From Desulfobacterales bacterium (GTDB taxonomy: Bacteria > Desulfobacterota > Desulfobacteria > Desulfobacterales > JBGLNM01): a stretch of DNA of 64,000 nucleotides. The notes beneath the pieces were generated by a model. It had not been told where the DNA came from. It saw only the letters and a list, made by a program, of their open reading frames with translations, and did not search any database. Positions 39,976 through 50,366 of this stretch are shown piece by piece (the stretch's first letter is position 1; each line of letters starts with the position of its first letter). The stretch covers positions 281,763 through 345,762 of the forward strand of contig JBGLNM010000001.1 in NCBI GenBank assembly GCA_041299705.1, in the 5' to 3' direction. Made by a program: the position numbers and the translations under genes.

Positions 39976-41769
39976 ATGACCGCCATGACTTCAACAAAGG
40001 GACCGCCTGCGCCGTCCGCAACCTCGCGGCGGGACGCCCCCAGCCTGCTGCCGTTTTACGGCATCGGGATCTTGGCCACCACCATCGGCATCGCCGTGGT
40101 GATCCTGTTGAACTTGTTCACCCCGCTGGAAGTCATCCCGAAGCACATCGCTGGACTCCGCCGCCTTTCCGATTGGGACGCCGATGCCTACGGCGTTTTC
40201 GGGCTGCGCTTTGCCGCGATTCTGGCGGCTGCCTACGGCCCCGTGATCGCCGCCCTCCGGCTGGCGCTCCGGCCGGTGGCCGCCTGCCTGAGGCGCTTTG
40301 CCCTCGGGCAGGACCCGCCGCCGGGGCTCCTGGCCCGGGGCCGGCGCCGGCTTCTCAACCTGCCGTTCATCTTCATCCCCGTCAGCATCGGGTTCTGGGT
40401 CGCCATCCCGGGTGCCATCGCGGCCGGGGCGTTCGCGGCCGGGGACCTGGGCGGCCGGACCGCCGCCATCCTCGCGTTCCGGGCCAGCATGATCGGCCTG
40501 ATCGTTTCCACGGTCTGTTTCCACCGCATGGAGTCCTATTCCCGCCGGCGCTTGATCCCGCTTTTTTTCCCGGCCGGGGGACTGAGCACCCTCGACGGTG
40601 TCGCGCGGATTTCCATCGACCGGCGCATCCGGCTCCTGTTCCGCCTGGGCGGGGTCGTGCCGATGCTGATCCTGATCGTGACGCTCCTGACCCTGCAGTG
40701 GGAGGTCGGCTCCGCCGCCATCACGGCCGAGGAGTACGGCCGCGGCATCCTGGTGTTCACCCTGGTGCTGGGGGCCTATTTTTTCGTCGCCGGGGGGGTG
40801 ATCCACCGTGCGGTGAGCCGCAGCATCGCCCGCCCCCTGGGGGAGATCATCCGCGTCCTGCGGCGTGTAGCGGGCGGAGAGTTCGACCAGCAGGTGCGCG
40901 TGGTTTCCAACGACGAGATCGGCTACACCGGGGACGTGATCAACCAGATGACGGCCGGGCTGCAGGAGCGCGAGCGGCTGCGCCGCTCCCTGGAGCTGGC
41001 CATGACGGTTCAGCAGCGCCTGCTGCCGGCGGCCGATCCGCGGATCGAGGGCCTGGACATCGCGGGGCGAAGCGTTTACTGTGACGAAACCGGGGGGGAC
41101 TATTTCGATTACCTGGCTTTGGACGACGCCGGCCGGCAGGGGCTCGGCATCGTCGTGGGCGACGTGTCGGGTCACGGGATATCGTCCGCCCTGCTGATGG
41201 CCAGCGCCAGGGGATTCCTGCGCCAGCGGGCCGTTCTCGGAGGCGGCCCGGCCGACATCGTGGCCGACGTCAACCGCCAGCTCTGCCTCGATGTCGCCGA
41301 CTCGGGCAGCTTCATGACCCTCTTTCTCCTGCTGCCGGACCCTTCCGGCGGGCGGCTGCGCTGGGTGCGGGCCGGACACGAACCGGCCATCTGCTACGAA
41401 CCGTCCGCCGACCGCTTCACCGAGCTCAGAGGCGCCGGCGCCGCCCTGGGGATCGACGCGGCGGCTCTTTTCGAAGACTGCACACGGGAGGCGGTCACCG
41501 GCGGCACCATCGTCCTGGTTTGCACGGACGGCATTTTCGAGGCCCGCAGTCCCGGGGGCGAGTTTTTCGGGCGGTCCCGCGTGCAGGCGCTCATGCGCCG
41601 CCATGCCGGCAGGCCGTCCCGCGACCTCGTGGAGGCGGTGACGGCGGCGGTGGCCGCATTCCGCGGCCGGGACGCCGCGGAGGACGACCTCACCCTGGTG
41701 GCGCTCAGGTTCCAACCCAAGGAGGCGAAACCTTGCTGCACCCGAATCCGGACTACGTCCAGGAACTGA
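39976..41769 (+). CDS. Membrane HAMP + SpoIIE (PP2C/RsbU-like) phosphatase
   Basis: Several TM segments, VSNDEIG (HAMP), TGGDYFD, VGDVSGHG, RAGHEP, TDGIFE, EDDLT. Confidence 0.88.
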   Translation: MTAMTSTKGPPAPSATSRRDAPSLLPFYGIGILATTIGIAVVILLNLFTPLEVIPKHIAGLRRLSDWDADAYGVFGLRFAAILAAAYGPVIAALRLALRPVAACLRRFALGQDPPPGLLARGRRRLLNLPFIFIPVSIGFWVAIPGAIAAGAFAAGDLGGRTAAILAFRASMIGLIVSTVCFHRMESYSRRRLIPLFFPAGGLSTLDGVARISIDRRIRLLFRLGGVVPMLILIVTLLTLQWEVGSAAITAEEYGRGILVFTLVLGAYFFVAGGVIHRAVSRSIARPLGEIIRVLRRVAGGEFDQQVRVVSNDEIGYTGDVINQMTAGLQERERLRRSLELAMTVQQRLLPAADPRIEGLDIAGRSVYCDETGGDYFDYLALDDAGRQGLGIVVGDVSGHGISSALLMASARGFLRQRAVLGGGPADIVADVNRQLCLDVADSGSFMTLFLLLPDPSGGRLRWVRAGHEPAICYEPSADRFTELRGAGAALGIDAAALFEDCTREAVTGGTIVLVCTDGIFEARSPGGEFFGRSRVQALMRRHAGRPSRDLVEAVTAAVAAFRGRDAAEDDLTLVALRFQPKEAKPCCTRIRTTSRN

Positions 41770-42185
41770 TGGAAGTGGTCAACGCCAGCCCCTATCCCCG
41801 CCACATGGGCATGCGCCTGGCCGCCATCGACCTGGACCGGGCCGCCGTCGAGCTGGCAACCGCCCGCTGCCACCTGCAGCCCTACGGCATCGTCCACGGG
41901 GGCGTGCTGGCCACCCTGGTGGACACGGCCACCTTCTGGTCGGTTTTCATGCGCCTTCCCCAGGACGCGGGCCTGGTCAACATCGACCTCAAACTCAACT
42001 ACCTGCGCCCGGTGGAAAGCGGGCTCCTGAAGGCCGAGGGCCGCGCGATCCGCTCCGGAAAGTCCATCAGCTACGCCGAGGCGCGGGTGGTGTCGGCCGA
42101 CGGGGAACTGGTCGCCCACGGCACCTCAACCCTCATGGTTCTGCCGGGCAAGGGCCTGGGCCTGCGGCACGCAAAATTCCGATGA
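41733..42185 (+). CDS. PaaI-family thioesterase
   Basis: QPYGIVHGGVLATLVDTA, IDLKLNYLRP; TTG start after AAGGAGG. Confidence 0.88.
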   Translation: MLHPNPDYVQELMEVVNASPYPRHMGMRLAAIDLDRAAVELATARCHLQPYGIVHGGVLATLVDTATFWSVFMRLPQDAGLVNIDLKLNYLRPVESGLLKAEGRAIRSGKSISYAEARVVSADGELVAHGTSTLMVLPGKGLGLRHAKFR

Positions 42186-42196
42186 CCTGGGCGGCG

Positions 42197-43375
42197 TCAC
42201 CGGCCCCGTTCCCATTCCCGCATGAGTGCCCCCAGAAGGGCGAGATCCCCCTTTCCCAGCCCCTGGTGGACCGGCAGCACCACCGTGCTGTCGCGCAGCC
42301 AGGACGCCCCGCCGAAGCGCTCCCGGGGAAAGGCGGGATGCAGGCCGCGCCACAGGGTGCGGGCCGCCACCCCGCGGCGGCGGCAATGGGCGACGAAGCG
42401 CTCGGCGCCGCCGGGCACGGCCACGGGGAAGAAGAGCGGGCACGCCCCGGGCGCCGGCGCCTCCACGAGGGGGTGGAGACGCCGGCCGCCGGAGGCGCTT
42501 TCCAGGAGGGCGGCGAAGTTCCCGCGGCGCCTGGAGGCGACATCCTCGGCCGGGAGCCGCGCGAGGAGTTCCAGGGACAGCCGGGGAGCGGCGCTGTCGC
42601 GCCATCGGCGCAGGAAGGCCCTCGGGCCGGGGCCGCTTTCCAGGGCGTGTTTTTCGGCGGCGCCCGTGGCCGCCAGGCGCACCCACCCGGAGAGCGCCTT
42701 CCTGAACCTCACCCCCGGGGCGGAGTTCAGCACCGCCAGGCCGGCGAGGTTCCGGCCCAGGAGGTCGACCGCCTGGCGCAGGACGAATCCGGGCGGCGGC
42801 GCGGCAGCCGCCACGCCCGGCGCACGGCCCGCGGCCGCCTTGACCAGGAGCGCCCCGCAGCAGGGAATCGGCAGGAACTTGTGGAGGCTGAAAATCCCGA
42901 GGTCCCCCAGGGTGCCGGCCGGCACCCCCTCGCAGCGGGCGAACAGGGCCTGGGCGCAGTCCTCGATGAGGTGCCAGCCCCTGGAGGCGCAGAGCCGCAG
43001 GAGGTCCTCCATGGGGTGGGGAAACCCGAAGTAGTGGATGACGTACAGGGCGGCCATGCCGGGTCCGGCCAGGCGGACGATTTCATCGGGGTCGATGCGC
43101 AGCCTGCGGTCGATTCCGTAGAACACGATTTCGAGCCCCGCCTGGCGCAGGACCTCCAGTTCCACGCCGCAGTGGTAGGCCGGAAAGAGAACCCTCCGGC
43201 CAGGCTCCAGGTTCAGGTGCCGCAGCCCCTGCCACAGGGCGGTGGAGCCCCGCAGGAAGAAAAGCGCCTCCTTCCGGCCGAGAGGATCGGGCAGCGCGCG
43301 GCGGGGCTTTTTCAAGAGCGTTCCCCAGGCCGCGCCGGGGTCGCAGAAGATCCGTTCCGGGTTCAGATCGGCCAT
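42197..43375 (-). CDS. DegT/DnrJ/EryC1/StrS-like PLP-dependent aminotransferase
   Basis: RGSTAL, PAYHCG, IHYFGFP, LIEDCAQA, FSLHK, VLPVHQ. Confidence 0.75.
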   Translation of the reverse strand: MADLNPERIFCDPGAAWGTLLKKPRRALPDPLGRKEALFFLRGSTALWQGLRHLNLEPGRRVLFPAYHCGVELEVLRQAGLEIVFYGIDRRLRIDPDEIVRLAGPGMAALYVIHYFGFPHPMEDLLRLCASRGWHLIEDCAQALFARCEGVPAGTLGDLGIFSLHKFLPIPCCGALLVKAAAGRAPGVAAAAPPPGFVLRQAVDLLGRNLAGLAVLNSAPGVRFRKALSGWVRLAATGAAEKHALESGPGPRAFLRRWRDSAAPRLSLELLARLPAEDVASRRRGNFAALLESASGGRRLHPLVEAPAPGACPLFFPVAVPGGAERFVAHCRRRGVAARTLWRGLHPAFPRERFGGASWLRDSTVVLPVHQGLGKGDLALLGALMREWERGR

Positions 43376-43381
43376 CCGTTT

Positions 43382-44134
43382 CTAATCCCATTCAGCCGGC
43401 GCGGGGGCGCGGCGGAAACCCGCGGCGGGTCCGCCGGGGCGGCGGAAAGGCAGCGCGTCGGGGGGCAGCCGGTAATTCCTTATCGGCAGGCAGACCCAGA
43501 AGCGCCTCGCCTCCACGCTCAGCCACAGGCCCAGGGCCTTCGCGTTCAATTTCTCGTGCGCACGGATCGAGGGCCGGTTGAAGCGCATGACATGGCTGTA
43601 GAGGATCTCCCGGCCCAATTTCTTCAGTTCGGCATAGGCGTGGCATTTCAGGCGCAGCGCCAGGTTCCGGCCCCTGAAATGAGCGGCGATGGAGGTCTGG
43701 AAAAAATAGGCCTCGTGCGGTTTGAGGCCGAAGCGGCCGAACCTCGATTCGCAGCGCCTGAGGCATATCCAGGTGTACCCCGCCGCCTCCCCCCCGCAGC
43801 GCAGGACGTAGCCCAGTTCGTCCGCCCCCAGGCGGGCAAGGCGTTCAGGGGATGGAAGCCGTATGCCGGGAGCGGCCCCGAGGTCGCGCAGGTCGCTGCC
43901 CGCCAGGCGGCCGATTTCGCATGCGCCGGGTGCCTGCCGGGGATGCGGGCCATCGAAGAAGGAGAGCTTTTCCAGGAAGAGGTAGTAGGGGGTCACCCGG
44001 ACCCCGGCCGTGTCGAGCAGCCTCCTGACCGGCGGGCAGGTGCTGATCCGGTTCCAGAGAAGTTCGGAGTGCGGCATCGGCGGAGCCTCCGTCCCGGCGG
44101 CATGCGGCGCGTGCAAGATCCCGGTGCCCGGCAT
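43382..44134 (-). CDS. GNAT-like protein (start uncertain, 44134 or 44077)
   Basis: FRGRNLA acetyl-CoA-binding-like motif, NRPSIRAHEKL. Confidence 0.6.
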   Translation of the reverse strand: MPGTGILHAPHAAGTEAPPMPHSELLWNRISTCPPVRRLLDTAGVRVTPYYLFLEKLSFFDGPHPRQAPGACEIGRLAGSDLRDLGAAPGIRLPSPERLARLGADELGYVLRCGGEAAGYTWICLRRCESRFGRFGLKPHEAYFFQTSIAAHFRGRNLALRLKCHAYAELKKLGREILYSHVMRFNRPSIRAHEKLNAKALGLWLSVEARRFWVCLPIRNYRLPPDALPFRRPGGPAAGFRRAPAPAEWD

Positions 44135-44275
44135 GCACTCGTTTTCGGTAGCGGCCTTCCCCGCGTTCCGGTATGTGGAGACGACCCCTTACATCTCACG
44201 GCGGGAAAAGGACCGGCGGGTGTCCGCCATCCTGTCGTCCTGAAGCGCGGGTGTCCGCCGGGTCGGGCTCCATCT

Positions 44276-44683
44276 TCACCCCCCCTTCAGGGTGCGCTTC
44301 ACCAGGAAATAGGCGCCGGCAATGGCCAGGATGAGGGCCGCGATGCCGAAAAGGGCCAGGCTCGGAAGATCCTTGACGTCCAGGATGATGACCTTGCGCG
44401 CGACGGCGATCAGGGCGACCATGAGCACCACCTCCACGTGCACGACGCCTTCGTTGAGGTAGGCCTTGATGGTCTCCAGCAGTTCCACGCCGATCAGGAT
44501 CAGGAGGAAGAAGCCGAAAATTTCCAGCAGCTCCTCGATTTCAAGGAGAATCACCGGCGGCGTAAGGATGTCCTTGACGATGATCCAGCCCAGCTCCACC
44601 GTGGCCAGGAGAACCACCGTGACCATCATGGTGATGAGGCAGAGGACGACCAGGCGTTCGAATTTCTTGAGCAAGACTCTCAT
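44276..44683 (-). CDS. Phosphate-starvation-inducible PsiE-family membrane protein
   Basis: LILIGVELLETI..Y, VALIAVARKVI, four TM segments; ATGA overlap with the kinase stop codon. Confidence 0.85.
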   Translation of the reverse strand: MRVLLKKFERLVVLCLITMMVTVVLLATVELGWIIVKDILTPPVILLEIEELLEIFGFFLLILIGVELLETIKAYLNEGVVHVEVVLMVALIAVARKVIILDVKDLPSLALFGIAALILAIAGAYFLVKRTLKGG

Positions 44684-47319
44684 GTGGCGCTCTCCTTCCC
44701 CGCCCCCGCGTCCAGCACCTCCCGGACGGTCCGGGCGAGGTCTCTTCTGACCACGGGTTTCATCAGGAAGGCCCCGATGCCCAGCTCGGCGGCGCGCTCG
44801 GCCGACATCGTTCGGCTGAACCCGGTGCACAGAATGACGGGCAGGCCGGGACGCAGGCGCATCATTTCCCGGGCGAGACGATCGCCCGTCATGTGCGGCA
44901 TGGTCATGTCGGTGATCACGAGATCGAAGCGCTCCGGCTGCGCCCGGAAGAGGTCCAGGGCCTCGATGCTCCCGGTCCGCGTGGTCACCCGGTATCCCAG
45001 TTGCTCCAGCAGCTTCCCGCCGATTTCGGCCAGGCCCGGCTCGTCGTCCACGAGGAGCACGTGCTCCGTTCCCCGCGGGTCGGTTTCGGCCGGTTCCTCC
45101 AGGGAGCCGGTCAGCTTCTGGATCGCCGGCAGAAACACGTGGAAGCGGGAGCCCTTTCCCGGCTCGCTTTCCACGAGGATGGCGCCGCCGTGGCCCTTGA
45201 CGATGCCGTCGACCACGGCCAGCCCCAGCCCGGTCCCTTCCCCCTTTTTCTTGGTCGTGAAATAGGGGTCGAAGATGCGGTCCATCGTCTCGGGCCCCAT
45301 GCCGTGCCCGGTGTCGCCGACGCTCAGCTTCAGGTAGCGCCCGGGAGCCAGGGGCGCGTGACGCCCCCCCGGGGTGCCGTCCAGTTCGACGCCCGCCAGG
45401 ACCACTTCAAGGACGCCGCCCGATTCCGCCATGGCGTGGGCCGCATTGGCGCAGAGGTTCATCATGACCTGGTGGACCTGGGTCGGGTCCGCCTCCACCG
45501 GCCGGGTGTCGGTCTCGATGCGCTGCCGGATCCGGATGCTGCTGGGCAGGGAGGCGCGGATCAGCTTGAGGGTCTCCTTGACGACCGGCCCGAGGTACAT
45601 GGGCTTGCGCTCCTGGTCGGCCTGGCGGCTGAAGGCCAGGATCTGCTGCACCAGGTCCCGGGCCCTGTGGCTGGCCTTCAGCAGCTGGGAGAGGTTGTCG
45701 CGGGCCCTGGAGTGCGCCGGGATATCCATGGCCGCAATCTCGGCATAGCCCATGATGACGGCCAGGATGTTGTTGAAATCGTGGGCGATGCCGCCTGCCA
45801 GGGTGCCGATCGCCTCCAGTTTCTGGGCCTGGCGCAGCTGCAGTTCCATCCGCTTCTGCGCCGTGACGTCCCGCAGGGCGATGACGCTGCCCCGGGGGGT
45901 GCCGGCCTGGTCGCGGAACACCGCGGCGCTCAGGCTCACGTCCACGACCGCACCCGACTTGGTGCGCCGCCGGGTGTGAACGCCGCTGAAGCTTTCACCC
46001 GCCAGGACCTTGGCGATCATCCCTTGCAACTGGGTCCGCTCGTCCCCGGGGACGAAGTCGATGGTCTTTCCGAGGACCTCCTCCGGCTCCCAGCCGAACA
46101 CCCGCGTGAACGCCGGGTTGATATAGGTGGCCAGGCCTTCCATGTCGTAGGTCACCATGGGGTCCGGCGAGGCTTCCAGGGCGATGCGGTAGCGCGCCTG
46201 GCTCTCCCCCAGGGCCACCTGGGCCTGCCGGCGGTCGCTGACGTCCCGGCTGACGCCCAGGATGCCGACGGCCTGTCCGCCGCCGTCGCGGATGAACGTC
46301 AGGTTGACCTCGCTCCAGAAGGTGGAGCCGTCCCTGCGGACGAACTCGAGTTCCAGCTTTCGGGAGCGCCCCGGGTCCTTGTCCGCCCGGGCCTCGACGG
46401 CGAGCTCTTCCTGGAGAACCCGGAAAGCCTCGGCTTTCGCCTCCGCTGTCATGAGCTTGTCGGGACTTTGGCCCAGCAGCTCTTCGGGCCGATAGCCGCG
46501 CGTGCGGACCACCGAGGGGCTGACATAGGTCAGGTTGAGGGCCATGTCCGTGGTCCAGATGACGTCCGTGGCGTTCTCGGCCAGCAGACGGTATTGGGCC
46601 TCGCTGTCGACCAGGGCCTTTTCGGCCGCCGAACGCTGCGCCATCTCCTGCCGGATCTGGAGGTAGGCGCTCTCGAGTTCCCCGCCGCGCTTGCGCAGGG
46701 TGTCGGCCGCCTCCCGCTGGTCGCGCAGGGAGCGGTCCAGCCTGGACAGGAGGAACCCGACCGCCATGCCGCCCGCCAGTGACAGCAGGGTGGTGTTGCA
46801 GACGAAGATGAGCCAGTCGCCGGGCGGTGCGGCGCGGACCGGGGACCACTCCTGGCTTTCCGGGCCCAGGAATGCGTGCAAGCCCATGAGGAGCGACAGG
46901 TTGACAAGGGCGCCGGCGGCCGCGCCGGGAAGGCCGAAAAGGGCGGCGCAAAAGACCGTGCAGGTCATGAGCCAGGCGGGCCGAGCGCCGAAGGGGCCCA
47001 GGGCGGCCAGGAAAGCCAGGGTCATGGCGTACAGGGCGCCGACGGCCAGCCAGCGGCTGTAGCGGGCCGGAAGCCTGAAGAAGGTCAGCTGGCCCACCAG
47101 GAGCAGCCAGACCGCCGCGTCCAGGGCGATGAGGGCGTACCGCCCCCGGGCGATGTAAACGGGGACGATGTAGACCATGGCCAGGGGCATGGCGACGGCC
47201 CCGTAGGCGAATATCAGCCGGGCCAGCCGGTCGCGCCACAGGGGGAGGGAGTCGGTGGCGTCGATCGCCATCGGCGGCCACAGGCCCCTCAGCCAGCGCA
47301 AGCGCACCGGGAGAACCAT
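44680..47319 (-). CDS. Membrane PAS-PAS hybrid sensor histidine kinase with receiver domain (CckA-like)
   Basis: LAGGIAHDFNN (H box), NLCANA, DTGHGM, PYFTTK, GTGLGL, LLVDDE, ITDMTMP; AGGAGAGG RBS before 47319. Confidence 0.93.
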   Translation of the reverse strand: MVLPVRLRWLRGLWPPMAIDATDSLPLWRDRLARLIFAYGAVAMPLAMVYIVPVYIARGRYALIALDAAVWLLLVGQLTFFRLPARYSRWLAVGALYAMTLAFLAALGPFGARPAWLMTCTVFCAALFGLPGAAAGALVNLSLLMGLHAFLGPESQEWSPVRAAPPGDWLIFVCNTTLLSLAGGMAVGFLLSRLDRSLRDQREAADTLRKRGGELESAYLQIRQEMAQRSAAEKALVDSEAQYRLLAENATDVIWTTDMALNLTYVSPSVVRTRGYRPEELLGQSPDKLMTAEAKAEAFRVLQEELAVEARADKDPGRSRKLELEFVRRDGSTFWSEVNLTFIRDGGGQAVGILGVSRDVSDRRQAQVALGESQARYRIALEASPDPMVTYDMEGLATYINPAFTRVFGWEPEEVLGKTIDFVPGDERTQLQGMIAKVLAGESFSGVHTRRRTKSGAVVDVSLSAAVFRDQAGTPRGSVIALRDVTAQKRMELQLRQAQKLEAIGTLAGGIAHDFNNILAVIMGYAEIAAMDIPAHSRARDNLSQLLKASHRARDLVQQILAFSRQADQERKPMYLGPVVKETLKLIRASLPSSIRIRQRIETDTRPVEADPTQVHQVMMNLCANAAHAMAESGGVLEVVLAGVELDGTPGGRHAPLAPGRYLKLSVGDTGHGMGPETMDRIFDPYFTTKKKGEGTGLGLAVVDGIVKGHGGAILVESEPGKGSRFHVFLPAIQKLTGSLEEPAETDPRGTEHVLLVDDEPGLAEIGGKLLEQLGYRVTTRTGSIEALDLFRAQPERFDLVITDMTMPHMTGDRLAREMMRLRPGLPVILCTGFSRTMSAERAAELGIGAFLMKPVVRRDLARTVREVLDAGAGKESAT

Positions 47320-47339
47320 CTGCCTCTCCTGATATGGCC

Positions 47340-48443
47340 TCAAAAGGGGATGAGCAGGATCGCCGTCATACCGCCCGGAGCCGGACCGATGGTCAGCACC
47401 GGCCGGGTACCGGCTTTCAACCCCTCGATATAGTCCCGCTGCAGGGACCGGTTGTGCTTGTGGGCGCTGCCCACGGCGCTGTAGATGCTGCCGCTGTAAA
47501 ACCCCAGGCCGACGGCGGAGATGACTCCCCCCAGGACCGGAAGATCGTTATCGAACGATTCCACCGCGGCGGCGATCAGCGCCGCGTTGACCGTGAAGGC
47601 GATGAGCGCGTCGCGGTATCGTCCGCAGTAAACGTGACCGGCTCCGGGGATCAGGGCCAGGAGACCGGCGACGGCCGGGTTCTTTTCGGCAAGGTCCGGG
47701 ACCCTCTCGAGCTCCTCCGACAGCTGCCGGAGCCGGTAGGCTTCGCGACTCTCGGGACGGATGCGGTCGAATGCCTGCCGGGCCCGGTCCCAGTCGGCCG
47801 CCTCCAGGTGGATCCAGCCGATGCGGTAGTTGGCCTCGTCGATGACCCGGGGGTCGCCGCCCTCCGCGGCGAGGCGCTCCAGCAGCGCCACGGCCTGCCC
47901 CGGCGCGGCGTTACGCTGATGGGCGTCGGCCGCGGCCAGGGTGGCGGGCACGGCCAGGGGGCTGTCGGGAAAGCGCTCCACGAGGGCCAGGAAGGCCTCG
48001 ATCGCCTGGTTGAAGCGCTGCGCGTCGAACCAGGACCGGCCCACCGCGTACATGGCCGCCTCAACCCGCGGGTCTTCGGGGAAAAAGTGGGCGAAGCGCC
48101 GGTACTCGACGACCGCCCCCTGGAAGTCGCCGGCGGCGTAAAGCGACTGCGCCAGGGCGAACTGTGCATCCGGTTCGACGACCAGCGCCTCGCCGGCCCC
48201 CACCCCCCGGGAAAGGATGACCACGGCCGCGGCTGCCGCCACGACGAGGCGGGCGATGGCCGGCTGTCCGCGTCCGGCCCCGCGGCGGGAAAAACCCGCT
48301 ATGGGGTTGGGCTGTGCATGAATCGCGGCTCCCCCTCTCGTTGCAGTTGTCGTTGTCGTTGTTGCAATCGTTGTCGTAATCGTTGTCGTTGTCGTAACCG
48401 TCATCGCAATCTGGATCGCTGCCGGAATCGCCCCTGCGCTCAA
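47340..48443 (-). CDS. TPR-repeat exported protein with a C-terminal TM2-like hydrophobic region (true start uncertain, probably near 48240)
   Basis: TPR-like helices; NPAVAGLLALIPGAGHVYCGRY. The ORF's first ~45 aa are read-through of a repeat. Confidence 0.7.
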   Translation of the reverse strand: MSAGAIPAAIQIAMTVTTTTTITTTIATTTTTTATRGGAAIHAQPNPIAGFSRRGAGRGQPAIARLVVAAAAAVVILSRGVGAGEALVVEPDAQFALAQSLYAAGDFQGAVVEYRRFAHFFPEDPRVEAAMYAVGRSWFDAQRFNQAIEAFLALVERFPDSPLAVPATLAAADAHQRNAAPGQAVALLERLAAEGGDPRVIDEANYRIGWIHLEAADWDRARQAFDRIRPESREAYRLRQLSEELERVPDLAEKNPAVAGLLALIPGAGHVYCGRYRDALIAFTVNAALIAAAVESFDNDLPVLGGVISAVGLGFYSGSIYSAVGSAHKHNRSLQRDYIEGLKAGTRPVLTIGPAPGGMTAILLIPF

Positions 48444-48470
48444 TCCGGATGCCGATGCCGATTTCGAGGG
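48335..48470. repeat. Degenerate hexamer repeat element (reverse orientation of the CGATTA/CGACAA family)
   Basis: tcgttgtcgtaatcg at 48368-48382, (gttgtc)n, ccgatg/ccgatt variants. Confidence 0.85.
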
Positions 48471-48540
48471 GGAAACCCGGCCAGGCCCGCAGGGTGAGCC
48501 CGGCCGGTTTCTTCCATGGCCTGCCCGGCCGGCGGCAGCG

Positions 48541-48803
48541 TCACCCCTGGGTGACGCGGATCACTTCCTCGATGGTCGTGGTCCCCTCCAGGACCTTGCG
48601 GATCCCGTCCCGGCGCAGGGTGGCCATCCCCTGGGAGAGGGCCTCGCTCTTGATCTGGTTGGCGTCGTAGGTTTCCAGGATCCGGTGCCGGATCCCCTCG
48701 CCGAGCACCATGATCTCGAAGATGCCCATCCGCCCGCGGTAGCCCGTCTGGAGGCATTCCGGGCACCCGCGGGCGCGGTAAAGGGTGCGGCCCGCCGCCT
48801 CCT
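48541..48803 (-). CDS. Type II secretion / type IV pilus ATPase (GspE/PilB), C-terminal fragment
   Basis: YRARGCPECLQTGYRGRMGIFE, GMATLRRDG.RKV..G.TT.EEV.RV. Confidence 0.88.
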
Positions 48804-48805
48804 AA

Positions 48806-50366
48806 GGGTGACATTTTCCTGGGCGGTGGCGATGCCGGCCTCGAATATGTCGCGCAGCGACTCCGAAATGGCCTCCTCCTTGAGGCGCTCCAGGCGGGTG
48901 AGCTCGCTGGCGAGGGTCTTGCGCCGGATGGCGTACCCGCTGACGGATTCGGCCGTGTAGATGCCGCTCAGGACGACCCCCCTGGCCGCCTGGGCCGTCT
49001 GCACGGCCAGCTGCATGCCGTTGCTCTTGATGAGGTCGCGCAGGAAGGTGATATCCGCTTTGCGGGCGTCGTCCGGCACCCCTGCCGAAAGAGCCTCCAG
49101 AACGGCCATGGGATCCCGGGGGGGCGGGGCGTCGTCCGCCCGGGGCGGCGGGGGCGCGCCAGGCGGCGCCTGGGGGAACTGGCGGCTGACGGCCTGCCAG
49201 CTTTCCTCCAGGGCTTGCGCGTGGTCGGCGGGGGTCACGATCCCCGAAAGCGCCAGGCGGAAACCGAGGTCCCGCGCGCCGAAAGGCCCGTCGTCTATGT
49301 AAAAGGGCATCTCCTCGCGGCGCCCCGGCATGATCCCGTTCTGGTCCTTGAGGTAGCTGCCGCCCTTGGCCACGAAACCGCCGGCGCTGCCGTGCAGGCG
49401 CCAGCCGGTGGTGTAGCGGAACAGGTCGAAAACGATCTCCGCCGCATTGCCGGCCGTGTCGTAAAGGCCAAGGGGATTGGGGCACTTCGAGCCGATCCAG
49501 GCCAGGGTTTCGGGCGGCTTGGCGGCGGCCGTGTCGGTGAAAACGGCAAAGTCGTGGATGCTCCGGCCGTCGAGGGGGAAGAAATCGTTGCTGCCCATGA
49601 AGGACTCGGGGACCATGTGCCCGCCTCTGGCCGCGAACTCCCACTCCTCCTCGGTGGGCAGGCGCAGATAGGCGAACCGCCCCCCGGAGAAGACCGGCAG
49701 GGAGTCCGGGGCGTTGTGCACCAGCCACTGGGTGTAGCGCCGTGAAAACTCGACCGCGTCGAACCAGGAAACGCCGGTTTTGGGGCGGGGGTCTTCACTG
49801 TTCAGGGGCCTGACCTCCCCCGGGCAGTGCTCTTCCATGACGGCCTGCCACTGGAAATTCGTCACCTCGTACTTGCCGATGAAATAGTAAAGGCCGGTGA
49901 AGGCGCCCGCTTCCGGTCCCGGGCAGTACCCGTCCCCGCTGCGGGCCAATTCCGTGAGCAGGGCGCGCCACTTCCCGGGCAGGTCGGCCAGCAGGAAGGG
50001 GCCGGAGATGGCCGCCTGGCGCCGCTCCTCCATGAACCGCCGCTCGCTGCTGCCGCAGTTGATGCACCCGGGCTCAAAAGGCAGGTCGCCGAGCAGGCCG
50101 GCGGCCGGCACGCACACGTGGCGCAGCACCATCTTCGCGCCGCAGGGCATGGGCAGTTCCAGGTCCCCGTCGGCCGGAACCGGGTTGAAGGGCTCGGAGG
50201 GGGCGGGGATGGTCTGCGGCAGCCTGCTGCGCGAGCGGGGGCACTCCTGGGAACCGGCCGGAGCGGGCATCAGGCCCCACAGGGCGGCGGCGATGCCCAG
50301 CACGAAACACAACACCCCTGACGCCCCCCGGCGGGCGGCACCCTCGGCCCGCGCCCTTTCACACAT
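48806..50366 (-). CDS. FGE-sulfatase (SUMF1) domain exported protein, TagR-like; C-terminus probably cut at a junction
   Basis: Signal-like N-terminus, LPMPCG, FIGKYEVT, RLPTEEEWEFAARGG, NPLGLYD.AGNAAE, GFRL. Confidence 0.8.

Noticed and set aside
47340-48443. Poly-Thr N-terminus of the TPR protein as a mucin-like domain
   Set aside because: It is translation of the intergenic hexamer repeat; the hydrophobic signal-like stretch begins further downstream.
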